A stretch of DNA of 64,000 nucleotides from NCBI GenBank assembly GCA_003427395.1, contig BFEA01000007.1, forward strand, positions 1,217,285-1,281,284, given 5' to 3'. Below the pieces are notes generated by a model. It was given only the letters and a program-made list of their open reading frames with translations. It was not told where the DNA came from and did not search any database. The number at the start of each line of letters is the position of its first letter. Positions within the stretch are counted from its first letter, which is position 1. The DNA is from Chara braunii. Lineage: Eukaryota > Plantae > Charophyceae. Positions 25,829 through 39,000 of this stretch are shown here, one piece after another. A program made the translations under genes and the position numbers.

Positions 25829-27546
25829 AGGGTTTTCCCCAAACTTCCACGTCGCATTCTGTGGATTTCCATGGAAGAGCCCGGATTCGTATAAACTGAT
25901 CGTCTTTCTGGATTAGGACCATTCGGATAGGCTCTGAAGTGCTCGGTATGTCAGATTTTGGCTCCTTGGTGGGGGTCTTTGCTTTCGCCGTCGTTAGTCT
26001 GGCAACTTGAAGGGCGAACCGGTTTCGGTTCGCCTTGCAATGTTGTAGCATCCGATCGTTAGCTTGTTCAGAAATGGACAACAGGTGTCCGATTGGTAGG
26101 GGAATACGGTTGTCTAACGCTCGGACGATGTCTAGAACGTCGATTTCTCCTGTGACGAACACGGGTCCTCCCGTTTCCATCTCGTTCAAGGAGGATCTCC
26201 ATTTCGATACTTCGTTATGGTCGGGGGCAGGCTGAATGGCCCCGATCATACCGAGGCCTAGATATCCTAGTGATAGGTATTGATCAAGCGGGATAAGTTC
26301 GGCTGCTTCCTTCGTAGCCCCCGACGGGTTCACACCATTGTCTGTTTCTTCCGTGGCCACTCGACCAAGTTCATTAGTGATCGGGGCGGCCGCCACTTGC
26401 GCGGCTCCGATTCTGGGTTGTGCAGGTCGGTGGAGGCAGTTCCGAGCTATATGTCCTAGCTGGTGACACGTGTAACAAACACTTGTGTTGGTTGTTGCCC
26501 CTTCTATTGCTGGGGCAGGGGCTGCTCTTGGCATTCCTGGGGCTGCCCTAACAGTAATGGGTCGCGTCGACCTCATCATCGATGCGATTTGTGCGTTGTG
26601 CTCACGCTGCTTTTTCTTAGTACTTTCTTTCCTACATCAAATTAAATAACGTTCGAGTTAATTCTAATATGGCATTGGATTCGTTAGGCTTTGCGAGGGC
26701 GCTTGGGGGAGGCGATGGTGTGGTCGCGGTGGGTAGTCCTGCGACTGTATCGGGTACCGGCCTTTTGGCTGCGACCTATTCCTAGGTAGGTGATGCGTCC
26801 GAAGATGAAATCCATATTTTCGAATTTGTTCTAAAGCGCTGCCATCTCGGTTTTCGCCCGGGCCAGCTCCGAGGAGTCTCCTTCCTTGGCGTGATCTTCG
26901 CTTTCTAAGAAGCTGGCGGCGAACTTTCTTTCCATCTCCTCGACTCCATCCATAATCTGCTGCATGGTATGGTTGATGGGGGAGAAGTTGCCCTCATCGC
27001 CCGACTTCGAAGCCCATGGATAAACAAGTCTCTACCTACCTTTTCGTCTCTCTCGGACTTGACAAACAACCTATAGAACCTACTACGATATTCTGTAACG
27101 GATTCAAGCGGTTTCTTTACACGATCTCTGATCATAAAGAACGTCTCTTCGGGGTGGATGTAGTCGGACCGATTTAGGAAGTCTCTCTCCAAGGTCGGGA
27201 GATCGATACAGGCATAGGTACTAAACCAATGGTGCGCATCTCCTCCCAGTCGGGCGGGGATGTTGATCCGGGCTTCATCGTTATCGTACTTTTGAGCCCG
27301 TAAGGTGGCCAGCCATGCCCCGACCAGGTGATGCGTAGGGTCGAAGAAAAACAAATCAAGGGGAGCCGCAGGTGCGCGAACTCGGATGGGTGGTGCGGGG
27401 ACAGGTGCCCCGCCCAACTGTACATTAACGTTTGGCGCTTGATTGACTTTCATATTGACGACCTGTCTTCCGATCGATTGACTCCTAAGTACAATAGGAT
27501 CGCGTCAAGGCGCGTTCCGCTGTCTAGGCCGTCTTCTATTCGCCAG
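25827..27546 (-). pseudogene. E1 gag (capsid-like region and CCHC zinc knuckle), disrupted
   Basis: CYTCHQLGHIARNC; homologous to E2 gag. Confidence 0.88.
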
Positions 27547-27596
27547 ATCGTCTGAACGTCTTTCCTGCTTACTTCCCCGTGAGTTCGCCACGTGTC

Positions 27597-27609
27597 GGCT
27601 CCGATACCA
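27597..27609 (-). promoter_or_regulatory. Primer binding site TGGTATCGGAGCC (tRNA-iMet type)
   Basis: One difference (G:U compatible) from the canonical TGGTATCAGAGCC; directly adjacent to the 5' LTR. Confidence 0.88.
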
Positions 27610-30286
27610 ACCTCACGCCCAACACGACCTCCTGATCGGAGTGGGATGGGGGCCCGGAAGTGCGAAAAAGGGGTGTGCCAAGGATTTTTGGGGATTTGGG
27701 GTGGAGTCCCATGTCGGAACTGAGATCTCCTGTGGCAAGTCTCAGGGGTAGGAGTGCAAGTGTCTTCTGGCTCAAAGTTGGGGCGATGATCGATCGTGCT
27801 GCTTGGGCCGGGGTGCGGTGTCACGGGCGTCTCTGTGGGAGTGTTCGTACCGCTGCCGGCCGTCGCAAGTTTCGGGGCGCGATGAAGACGAGCTGGGTTC
27901 TCGTCGCTCGGTCCTGGGATGGGCTCGTTGCGCAACCCTCGCCTGCCAATGCTCGTCGGGCCGCCGACACTCTGAGCACGGCGGTCGGGGCCAGAACCGG
28001 GCTACGAAATTGCAGGGGACCACGAGTAACCGGTGGAAAGGGAGGACGGTATAGTATGGAGGGAAGTGAGTGGTGATCATAATGGCAACGAAGCTTGGGG
28101 TTAGAAGATATTTATGGTTTCGGCTATCGGGATAATCAGGAATCCATGGGTCTCGGTTGATTGCCAGCTGGAAGTCGCCCCTGCACAGTCGCTAGTTTTC
28201 AGTCCGGCAAGGGTACTCACGGTACCCGGGGTTCCGTAGGTGGCGATGTTGTCGGATCCACTGCCGACAGATCTGTTCCCTCTCCCAATACGCTCGGTAT
28301 TCGGGGTCCCTCAGGCTTGCACGATCAGTGATCCAGAAAGGGGAATCTGTCGCCATATCTCGTTCACACAAATCTTCCTACGGGGCGAGGTGGTAGCTGG
28401 TTTTTGCAAGTGCGTGTACAAATGGCAAGTCCGTGGATGACTGCTGTCTTATATGAGCATGCGCACTGGCGAGTTAGTCAGATCTTAAAACGCGCAAATA
28501 ATCAAGGACGATCCGCCCGCGTACCGGCTCAACCATGCAGCTAGTTCCCTCAGGCTATCAATCTGTTCCGTTCTGGACATTCGCACAGTATGCACACCCA
28601 GTGGTTCCCGTGTGACGTCCGGCCTTAACTTGTCCCGACCCGTACCGCGGATGAAGACTCCGTTATTTACGTCGAGATCTGTCGTGCTACGCCCATTCGG
28701 GGTTGAGGGCCAGCCTCGCGGGTGCGAGTGTAAGTCACGCTCGTCAGATCGTGCTTACACGGGGACTCGCGGGGTTGGTCCGTTGTGGATCGATCCATCA
28801 GCCAATCATCCATGCAAAAGAAGGTTTATGTGGTCATGCAATAGTCTCTCAGCCATTCTTGTTCGAGCGAAAAACAGTAACGTGGCCATCAGAGGGATAT
28901 CTCATCGTCATCCAAACATACATCGAAGCACCACAACAATATGAAACTCCCTTCACCTACCAATCATCCGGGTGAGAATAGATCGGCGCTGCGGGTGCGG
29001 AATGATTAAGGATTGCACGCAAAACATTACGTATTACAAGATCCAACAAATGCAAAACGAAAGAGGGAGGACAGAGATCGAGCCGTACATCACACGAAGC
29101 CGAAAGAAATGTCAAAATGCAAAACAAGGGCGTCTCGCCCGGAGCCAAAAATTTATATACAAGGACTGAGAAAGGACAAAGAATATTGCAATCCCACCTC
29201 CGCCTATTTCCCCTCTCTCTCTCTCTCTGATGCGGACAGTCCGTCATCTCGCACCCACCCACGAAGTTGTCACCCCGCTTAGTCCGCATGTGCCCGTCAG
29301 GTTCGCCCGTGCGCCACAGTCCGCCGTGGCCTACACGCCAACCCCGCGCACTTGGCACCAGCTCGTTGGGTCGCCCAACTCCCACATCAACTCACCTCTT
29401 ACTTTGCTCATTAGCCGACCCTCACTGATCGCGCTAACCTCGAGCTTCCAAAATTTTTAAGAGAGCTAGCTAATCGCGCCGAAGAAATTTATAACATGCA
29501 TGCGTGCGTGAAGATGGGAGGTTGCAGGGATTGGAAAGAGGCGCAGAGAAGGAAGTGCCTACGCTTGGCATGGCCAGATCGCCGCGTGGGGGATGTAGCC
29601 ACTCTCCACGCATCGATCTAGGCATGCAGCGTTCAGGCCAAGCAGATGCAGCAAAAAGAAGGGGAGACGGGCGGGAAGAAGGCGAGGGAACAAGAAGAAT
29701 GATACAGTTACAATGGCGCCCGCCCAACTACTACAGTTGCATGCAAGATTATGGGCGCCACTTAGTCAGAACTTCGTTCCCGCCGCAGGAAGATGCGTGC
29801 AAGAAATAGGCGCCGCTCGACAAGAAATTCAAAAAGTCCTAAATTCCTATTTGAGCTCAAAATTGCAACAGAAAAATTCCGACGAGACGGAAAAAAAGAG
29901 CAAAAAGAAATAAAAAAATTATGAGCGCCCTCGGGGGCTCGTCCTTAGTTGAAAGGAAAATTTAAAAAGAAAAAATGAAAAGCTCCCGCACGATCATCGC
30001 GCCAAAAATCTCCGTTCCCTCCTTTTACTCCCAGCAGAGCAAGAAAGAACCATCGTCAACCGTTATAGATCGCGCCCAACGGGGCGCGCACACTCAACCG
30101 TCTGTCCCGGGCCTGTCCCATCACCGCTGAAGGGGAAGGAGCGAAGCGAAGGAAAAGAAAGAAGCAAGGACACTGACGCCATTTACCGCCGATCCCACCT
30201 CCCGCAATTTGCCCATCCCTCCCATCTCAGGACGCCTCATTGTCATCGCGCAGAAAGTCGCGCGGCACAGAAAGTGGTTCGTCACA
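27610..30286 (-). repeat. 5' LTR of E1 (2677 bp); ends ...GGGCGTGAGGT with no terminal CA
   Basis: Colinear with the 3' LTR up to GAGGTTGG. Confidence 0.93.
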
Positions 30287-30418
30287 CCACCACCCACTAA
30301 ACTGCCATGCCTTTCTTTTCCAGCCTTCCAACGACCCTATAACGAACGATGACGAAAAATGTTCTCATGGGCATAAAAAGCACCCTTGATGGGCTGCGAT
30401 CAATAAATGGAACAAAAC

Positions 30419-30450
<32 letters not shown>

Positions 30451-31934
30451 ATGCGAGCTCTTAGTCTCACTTATTTGGCTACCATAGGGCTGAGTTCCCC
30501 GCGCCCACGCGGTAGACAATTTGGCAGGCTGTTTTCTTCATCGACGATTTTTGGCAATAAGGTAAGATGGGAAAAAAAAATCGAAAGGTCATTTGAGAGC
30601 ACCTCTGGAGGTGATCTCAAAAAGGGTCCTCCGGCGGCCCCACAGGCTGCTGATAGAAGGTTCACCATTTGAGGCATTTGCAGCCAGCCTCTCCAGTGCG
30701 ACCCGAAAACTGATTTAAGGTCATAGGTCCCCGTGTGAGTATGCCCTCAGTTGAAACCGACGTGGGGTACTGGTCACATGACTTTCCAGGTTTGTGTGAG
30801 GTCCGGGGCCTCATTACATCACATGAAATGACGGCCTGACGTATCCACAGTCATGTGTGAACATGTTCATAGCGATACTGACGCAAAACTTTCATTCCAC
30901 CGTATGCATTACATCCTGAGGCGGGCTATCGGATGCGCGTATCGCCCGCCTCTCCAGTTATCCGTACGGCCTCACGTCAAAAGATATTTTTTCACCCTAC
31001 AGCTGCGTTCGACGGTGCTCTGGTCGTTTCCCTCTCAGCCGTTCGTTCCTTCCCAATCAGCAGCCTACGTCAGTCTGCAGGGAATTGGTCTTGCCATTTG
31101 GCATTGCTCGGCCATCAAAGGAAAAAAGTGCACTTTCCTGCCTGCCTGTTTGCCAGTCGCCAGCCGGCGGTCGCAATTTGCGGCCGAGGGCTGCATCCCG
31201 CCTTTCAAGGTACCTACCGCCTGAACAGGAAAACCTCCACCACTGCCGTCCAACGTGGGAAAAAAGGAAAAAGGAAAACTACCATTGTCGTCCAAAAAGC
31301 GTACGTTGTACATAGAACCGTCCCTTTGTTTTTTTTTGTTGTTGTTTTGTTTTTGTTTTCTAGAAACCTCCGTTTTTTTTGTCTTTTTTTTTCCCCCTCG
31401 AAGGACAGGGAAAGTGCGAAACAGAAAAAGGCAAAAAAAAAGAAAAAGAAAAAGAAAGAAAAGGCGGCCAAAATGGAGTTCCCATCCAGTGACTCGGGGC
31501 TGAGTACGACCACTCCCCATTCGTCAAGATTCTAAATGCATCTGGACATACCACTGTCCAAATGCGCTCAAAAGTTTGGCTTTCTCTCTTTCAATTTTTG
31601 GCCTTGGAGCGCGATAGCCGCGTGGCGCGGGTCCCAGAGAGGGAGTGAGCGTCCCAGAAAGTGGGGCCAACTTTCGGGTGCCCTGCGGGGAAAAGGGAGG
31701 GCAAGCTCAACAACTGGGGGGAGAGAGGGCAAGGGACGAGCCAAACAACCACCTAACGCGGTCGCAATTACGTCTATATTCATAGCGAAGAGTCATATTC
31801 AATGGACTTTCCTACGTGCGCACCGCTTGGCGCGCGGCCCGAAGAGGGAGGACCGTCCCAAAAAGTGGGCCACCTTTCTGGTGTCCTCTTGTGCCGTACG
31901 GAAAGGGAAAGGCAACCGGCGGCCAAGTCCAACC

Positions 31935-32054
31935 GGTAGCAGCGTTGAGTTTCCTCAACTCCTGAATCTGGGCGTGACTATAAGATTGTGCAGAAATAGC
32001 GTTGAGTTTTCCCAAGAGCAAACACACAACTTGAGGAAACTCAACGCTGCTACC
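31935..32054. mobile_element. 120-bp MITE-like inverted repeat
   Basis: Perfect 24-bp inverted repeat GGTAGCAGCGTTGAGTTTCCTCAA / TTGAGGAAACTCAACGCTGCTACC. TSD unclear. Confidence 0.6.
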
Positions 32055-32835
32055 CCCCCTCCCCCGGAACATAACTTGTATGAGTTGTATTCGAGTTTCC
32101 ATAACATTAGGGCGGTTCTGATAGACCCGGGTATACGTTGTGTTCGAATAAAAAGAAGTCTGTACGTCGTTTTCGCTTACAACGTGTAATTGTAAGTGGA
32201 GGGGGAAGATGCCCGATAATATTCATCATTCATATATATTCATATATTCCATTCAATAGGCTTCCCTCCGGTCCTATCTGATACCCCCCTCTCCCGAAAA
32301 GCGCACTCGACGACAAGTGGCGGGGAAATGATGGAAAGTGAAGGCCTCGTCTTTTCACTCGTCGCTTCCGCCGGTGCCTCCCACCACCCACGCAAAACAA
32401 AAAACAAAAAAGAGGGAAAAAGCGTTCAAAAAGGGCAAAAAAAAGAGAGGCTCAACCGCACGCCCAAGCCTTCTCCTGGCGACTCCGCCGTCCTACGCAA
32501 CTGCGAAGTGCCACCGTAGGCGTATCTAGTAGCTCTCGTGTCTCTTTGCGGGCGTCTATATATTCAGCCAGAGGGACGGTGGTGATCGTTGAAACGCAAG
32601 AGGCGATGCGAACTGTCAAGAGCTATCTGAAGAACTGATGAAGCGATATTATAAACTGTAGAGGTTTTGTGCGTTCTGAAGCAGTGAAGTGATACGACTT
32701 CGTATAAACTGAGTGTGCGAAAACGAGGGTTGAGCGAACAAAAGACGAACGAGAGCTTCGGAGAGCTTGAAGTGTGTCTCGATTGTGTTGTGTAGAGGGA
32801 GGAGGCTTTGTAGAGACTCGTTCGCGATCGCGAGT

Positions 32836-32879
<44 letters not shown>

Positions 32880-33215
32880 AGAGAGAGAGGGAGAGAGAGA
32901 ACCGTGCGTGCGAGTTTACCTTGTCCGTATCTTCTTTGTGTGTTTCGGTCAGTTAACGATCTGCAGGATTGTCGCCATTGCAAATATCTGTTGAAATTGC
33001 GAAAAGCGTGGTGAACCCGAGAGTTGTTTCGGAGTTTTGGAACGCTATTGAGTGGCTGTGCAGCACGCAAGTGCAGTTGGTCGAGTGGTGAAGTCCAGTG
33101 GCATAGTTCGTTCGAGTCCGTGACCAGGTGTGAAGGAGCGGAAGAGCTTCTGCAGCGCTTAGCACTTGGTAGTGGTGGTTGTGAGAGAAAGCGGCGGCGT
33201 TATTTGAGAGCGAAA

Positions 33216-33479
33216 ATGAGTGGGATCGCGCTAGTGGATGACATGCACAGCATGAAGCCTATCAACTGGAAGGCCGTGGTTGGTGTGAGTAAGGGTGCGC
33301 AGAAGACTACCTCGTCGTCATCTCAGAGAGCTGCTGCGTCTACAAAGCATGTTGACACGAAGGTGCAGAAGAACAAGTCGGTCAACGCTACGAAGGCGGT
33401 GGCGGCGCAAGCAGATTATCGCAGGCGGGGGGTCTCGTCGGAGACGGACAAGTGGTTGATGACTCATATTGATTTCTAG
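33216..33479 (+). CDS. Possible small hypothetical protein, 87 aa (MSGIALVDDMHSMKPINWKAVVG...KWLMTHIDF)
   Basis: ATG in AAAATG context, protein-like composition, TATA-like CTATATA at ~32556, and GT/GA microsatellites in the putative leader. No homology recognised. Confidence 0.3.
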   Translation: MSGIALVDDMHSMKPINWKAVVGVSKGAQKTTSSSSQRAAASTKHVDTKVQKNKSVNATKAVAAQADYRRRGVSSETDKWLMTHIDF

Positions 33480-35257
33480 TGGGGGGTGTTGGGTTGGGCG
33501 ATGGTGGTTTCGATGTCGATTTAGGTTTTTTATTATCAGTACGTAATTAACGACACGACAGGATGGGGAGAGAGGGCGGTGATCTCCGGGATATTGGGCG
33601 ATTCTGTCCTTGCGAACGAATGCGTGTCCAACGTGTCCGAAGAACAGGAAAATATCTGGATGTCGTGCGCATACGGACTCGTGACCGCTACATCTTCATA
33701 ACATGATGATGATGATTATGATTATGCTTATGAAGATGATTATGATGAGGGTGATTATGGCCTCGACGCTGTTCGAGGCTCGTTTTCTGCCGTCCTAACT
33801 GATGTCCATTCCATTGCTTGCCCTGTGGAATAGGCAGTGCGAAGGGCCATGGCTTATCAAGAAGTTATCATTCGCGTGAAGATTTCTACGTGGTCCGTGG
33901 AAGGAATTAGATAGGAGGGATTAAGGATGAGAGGAGGGTTGAGGAGTGTAATGTGCTGCTGTGTTTGATAAATTGTCAAACGTGGGGAAAGGGTGGAGGT
34001 ATTGTTGAGTAAGTCTGAGATGGGAGGAGGGAAGAGGGAGGTGGTCTGAAGTGATTCTTGTGAATGAGCTTTTCGTGGTTTGTGTTTGGCTTCTTAGATG
34101 ATGGTCCAATGACTAGATAAGTAGCTGGTAGGACGTAGCTAGGCGGTAGATACACTCGTTCACTTCGATTTTTTTTTTTCCCCGTTTTTCGTTGTTAATT
34201 CTTTACTTCGGAACTGTGCAGGCCTTAGGATATGTCTGTTGGTCGACAGATTCTTTTGCTACACTGTAAAAGTGTAGTCATCAATTTCGTTTCATTCATT
34301 TGTGCAAGTTGGCAGTTCTCTTCTGCAGTTCCATTTTGACGGGATGCGGGAGTTGGGCTGTTGTCGTCTTTGTTAATAATGTGACTTGACCGTGTGCTAA
34401 GAAGCGATTCGATCGTTCAACGCTGTCCCATCCGATGATCGGTCTCGTTGTTTCTCATTTTGATTGTTTTTGTTGGAACGAGTTCCGAGTCTGTTAATGG
34501 TATCGTGTCGTCGAAATTTGACGGAAAGCATTTTAGCACTTGATGATGATGATGATGATGATGATGACGATGTTAGACGAGTTAATCTGAAGTGATGCAG
34601 ATGTCGATTTTCGACGATCCAATTTTGCCGTTCTTTTCGTGGATGTAAATCTGAGCATTCCAGCGAATTTCATCGAATAAGCGATTGCCGGTGTCGTCGA
34701 TGACATGGGGAATGATTTGAGGAGAGGGAGGGAGTGAGGGAGTGTCGCTGGCTTCCCAGCGAGAAATCGTCGAGTTGGGGAGTTCGGTCTGCAGGTGGGT
34801 CTGCTGGAGGTAGTAAAACTAGGCCCCACAGAAATACGGTACTCTTCCCAAAGAAGTGCGGTTCATGTGAACGGAATTAGGGAGGGAGGGAGGGAGTCTG
34901 CATATTCGCCTCAAGCATGTGAGCAGCGGTAGTAAGGAGGGCAGTCTGCATATTCTTCGCTGGGTTTTCAGCGAGAAATCGAGGTGGAGATTTCGCACTA
35001 CATATGCTGTCTGGTGAAGGTCGTAAAAAGTAGATCGCAATCAAGTGTGCGTCTCTGCCCAAAGAAGTACGGTACAGTTCTCTTCTTCTTCCGTATAATG
35101 CTTGTGGAGTAAGGGAGTACCAGCCTCAAGCTTGTGAAAATTTTGAAGCTGAGCCAGTTGGATATCGGAGAGAATGGTTACGTCATCGACTGATTTTCGG
35201 CTTTTGAGCGGGAGGAGAAATCGTTAGCGCGATCACTGAAGAATATCCAAGTTGCAC

Positions 35258-35420
35258 AGGTTAGTGAGTGCCTTACGCTCTTTAATTCTTTTGAGGATGT
35301 GCATGAGCGGTCTATGCTCTTTAATTCTGTCGAGGATTTCAGGTTAGTGAGTGCCTTACGCTCTTTAATTCTTATGAGGATTTGCATGAGCGGTCTATGC
35401 TCTTTAATTCTGAGGATTTC
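35258..35420 (+). repeat. ~83-bp tandem duplication
   Basis: CAGGTTAGTGAGTGCCTTACGCTCTTTAATTC occurs twice. Confidence 0.85.
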
Positions 35421-35497
35421 CATGAGCTGTCAAACTCTGCCATTTTTTACTTCCGTCATGAAACCTCCTTTTCGCGATCCTGTGGCTCCGGTACTCT

Positions 35498-36035
35498 TGA
35501 AATGTGCAAAACGAGAGTGAATATTCCGTTAGAACATGGCAAGATACACCTCCATGAAATGTGCAAAACGAGAGTGAATATACCGCTAGAACATGGCAAC
35601 ATACACCGCCATGATTTGTCTTTTGTGCATGTCGAGTTTCTCTCTTCCCTGTCTTTGAACTGCACTCGGGCGCATTATGGACCCCTGATTGACGACTTTC
35701 TACCTTCCCTTTGGCCTTGCCGTCTCGACGTTGGCGGCGTGCGATTCTCTGTATGTCCATGGGCCTCGCTCCGCTACACAACACTCTGCGTGCATTTGGA
35801 TCCATTTCTGGACCCGATGCTTTCAAAATGTTGAACTCGTCCGAATTCACCTGGTCCAGAGGGATCCAGTTGCATGTTGAGTTGTCGACGTATTGGAGGC
35901 GTGCGCTCCTGTGTGTGTCCATCGGCGCCTGCTGCATAACACTCTACGTGCGTTTGGATCCACTTCTGGACCCGATCCTTTGAAAATGTTGGACTCGTCC
36001 GAATGCACCTGGTCCAGAAGGCGTCCAAATGCATG
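35498..36035 (+). repeat. Dispersed repeat family copy with internal 57-bp and ~158-bp duplications; related to 42680-43160 and 43490-43560
   Basis: Shared AAATGTGCAAAACGAGAGTGAAT and CTGGTCC...GCGTCCAAATGCATG motifs. Confidence 0.7.
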
Positions 36036-39000
36036 TGAAGTATATAGTGGAGCGAGGCCCCATGTTCAATGTGTGTCCAGGGTAAATGATGTGTGTCGTG
36101 TAGTCGAAGGTTCTCTCTCTCGGTACTGGTTGATTGAAGTGTCGCACGTAAATCCGAATTGGCCCCAGTGTGACATATTATGTATGTCGATTTCCATCGT
36201 CATTCGGGGATTTGAGTTCTTATTAGATGGTATGATAATTATGTGCTTCGCTACTGGATGGGTTTAGCGGCCAACGCTGAGTCGGGCAGGTGTATAGTAA
36301 CTCGGTCACGCCGTGGGGAATCGTCATGCGAGGACTTAACGGCATGAATGTAACTGCATTTCGGGGAGATGTACAGGGAGGGGGAAACGTTTCCGTGTGG
36401 ATATGCTGTCTTATTCGATCGTGAGGGAGGCAATCACGAGTATATGGTGAGATTCGCTCAAGTGCGTGGCGTTGCACATAGCACATACAAGTGCCTTGCG
36501 CTATTGTTCCTACATCTGCACTAATTTGGGGATATGTATATTGAATATATGTGCTTATGTTCATTGGTGATAGAGGTATGATGGTGGGGAGTTGAGTGAG
36601 GCAATCGCGAATGGATGGTGAGATTCGAGTATGAGCCTGGACGTATCATGTATACAAGTGCCCTCCGCTATTGTTGCTGTGCTTTGCACTGTTTTGTTGT
36701 GATAGGTGTATTGAATATCTCAGATAATGTTGATGATCGACAGATTATGAGAGTTTTAAGGTGCGGCTCCCGACCAATAGATTGGTGCCGCCAGCGAGAG
36801 CACACTAGAGGGGGCTGCTCTTACGACCCCCTCTAGTGGACCTAGAGGGGGCTGCTTTTACCACCCTCCCTAGTGGACCCGTGGCTGGTTTTTGTTCCAA
36901 AAAAAAAAAAGAGGGACAGGAGCAGGAATAGTTTTGGGTGGAAAACTGGTCATCCTTGGAAAGTTGGAATTGAAACGAATGCAATTCTATCAGATTGAGT
37001 AAAATAAACGGATTAGGTGTTGGAATGGAAATGAATGCAATTCTATATATCAGATTGAGTAAAATAAACGGACTAGGTTACGACTTGTATGGAGTGATGA
37101 AAACGATTGTTTCAGACGAGACCTCATCAAACTGGAATGTTTTTGAGGGCAAATCTTGAACGGTTCACCTTTTCCAGCTCTGCTGAGGAGTATGCTCATT
37201 GCGTATTCGTTTTTTTTAATCGTTTGCTAAGCACTTTCTGTCCCGGCCGTGGAAACGAACATCGAGGATTATGGAAATCGGTAATTCATGAGAGAGAGAG
37301 AGCGAAGGTGTGCGCATAAACTGAAATGCTGAGTAATGCAAATTCTTGGCAAGATTAAAATCAGGAGGACACCCAAGAGCCTAGGTCAGTGTGTACACCG
37401 ATGAACTGTTGAAATACAGACCAGGTGCTGTGTTCGAAGCCACATGATGGAACTTGACAAGTAAAACCAACCAACTACTAATGAATTGTTTGGGGCCGGT
37501 CGGCTCAATGATAATATCTCAAGGCCGTCGCCCTTTTAGAATTTAAAAACAAATAACAAATAAAAAAATAAGGAGCAGCCCAAATCACCCGAGAGGTGAG
37601 GCCTTAGCGAGGAAGGGATGATCATTTTCTTGACCATTCCCGCATGCGGGGCCGGGCATGTGGTCGACCCACGCGGAATGTTCGACCCGCTGCTGTTGTC
37701 TGATCTGCCTCGAAGTTAATCTCCCTAACGATAGTATAGGGGCTCGCTTTTCACTCACCGAAAGGACGAATGAAAATGAATCTTGTGAAAATGACTCTTG
37801 CGGTAGAACGTGGAAATAAACACCCTCAATTTTGTAGTTTGTGCGTGTGGTGAGGGCTGGTGCGCGGCCCGTACGCGTATGAATGACGTACGTCTGCCGA
37901 CCCCACGGAGACGGTATCAGCTGCTTATGTCACATCTCTACCTATCTTGCTATCGCGATGGGGGAAGTGCGCCTCGCTCATGTGTCGCGCTACCTTCATC
38001 ATAAACTTGGGGAGATAGCGGACCTTCTCCAATGTTCCATCACGGTGTCTTCCTTACACGTTTCTGTGTTGAACTCTTTTGAGTATTCCTCCCTTACAAG
38101 AACCCCCGTCGTTGCGTGAATATGGTCATCCTCCTTTACAAGAACCCTCGTCGTTGCGCGAATATGGTCGCCACGCTCATCATGATCATGATTTGCGGGG
38201 GATGGCAGAACATGTCTAACCTCCCATCACCCTGTCTTCCTAAGACGATTGCGTGCTGAACTCGTATTCCTCCCTTACAACGAACCCGTTGTTGCGCGGA
38301 TTTGGTCTATACCTTCACCTCCCATCTCCCTGTCGTGGTCTCTACATTTACCTCACACCACCCTGCTGATCATCAACATTAAACTCTTCGCGTATTCCTC
38401 CCGTGCGATGAACCTGGTCGTTGCGCGAATTCGGTTTTTTTCGTGTGCGTTGGTCGGTCGTTGGGCAAACACAATGCAGGTTTTCGTATCTGACCGTGTT
38501 CCCTCCTCTTTCTGTGCACGATCTGAGATTGGCCTTCTGTATTTTACTACCGTCTGTGTACCCGAATAAAACGTACTGTCATTACTATAGCTGTTTTCGA
38601 GGATATCAGAAGTTTTGCTAACCTCCCATCAGCAGCTTGGTTTCCTTGCACGTTTGCGTGCTGAACGCTTCAAGCATTTCTCCTCTGTTCCCTCTTTCCG
38701 TGCACGATCTGAAGTCGGCCTTTCTTTATTACCCGAATAAAGGCTTTGTCATTATAGGTGTATTTAGGGCAACTTTTGAGTCTACCCTTCTTGTATAAGA
38801 GGTCTATAAAGAAGGGTAAAGCGTACAAGCACGTCGTGAGGAACTTAACCCTCAGGCGATTGTTGCGCCGCCGTCGAATGGCTGCGCTCTTCGACCAGGA
38901 TCTGAGCGAGGAGTATACGTTTTTCATTCCAGCCGTGAAACGCCCTGGATGTTGACATCTCCCTCTTCCTTGGCAGTTGACAGTACGTGTCGTCTTTGAA

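Larger units (their letters stand above)
16073..30286 (-). mobile_element. Full-length, decayed Ty3/Gypsy LTR retrotransposon (element E1, 14.2 kb)
   Basis: TGTGACG...CGTCACA termini, TSD CCAC (16069-16072 and 30287-30290), two ~2.7-kb LTRs, PBS, and gag-RT-RNaseH-integrase order. Confidence 0.95.

Noticed and set aside
27450-27453. ATGA overlap at the first gag ATG of E1
   Set aside because: The synonymous pattern shows the gag frame extends upstream, and E2 has ATA at this position.
16073-30286. Classifying E1 as a DIRS/Ngaro tyrosine-recombinase element
   Set aside because: It has a DDE integrase, a tRNA PBS, TG...CA termini and a TSD. No tyrosine-recombinase motif was recognised.
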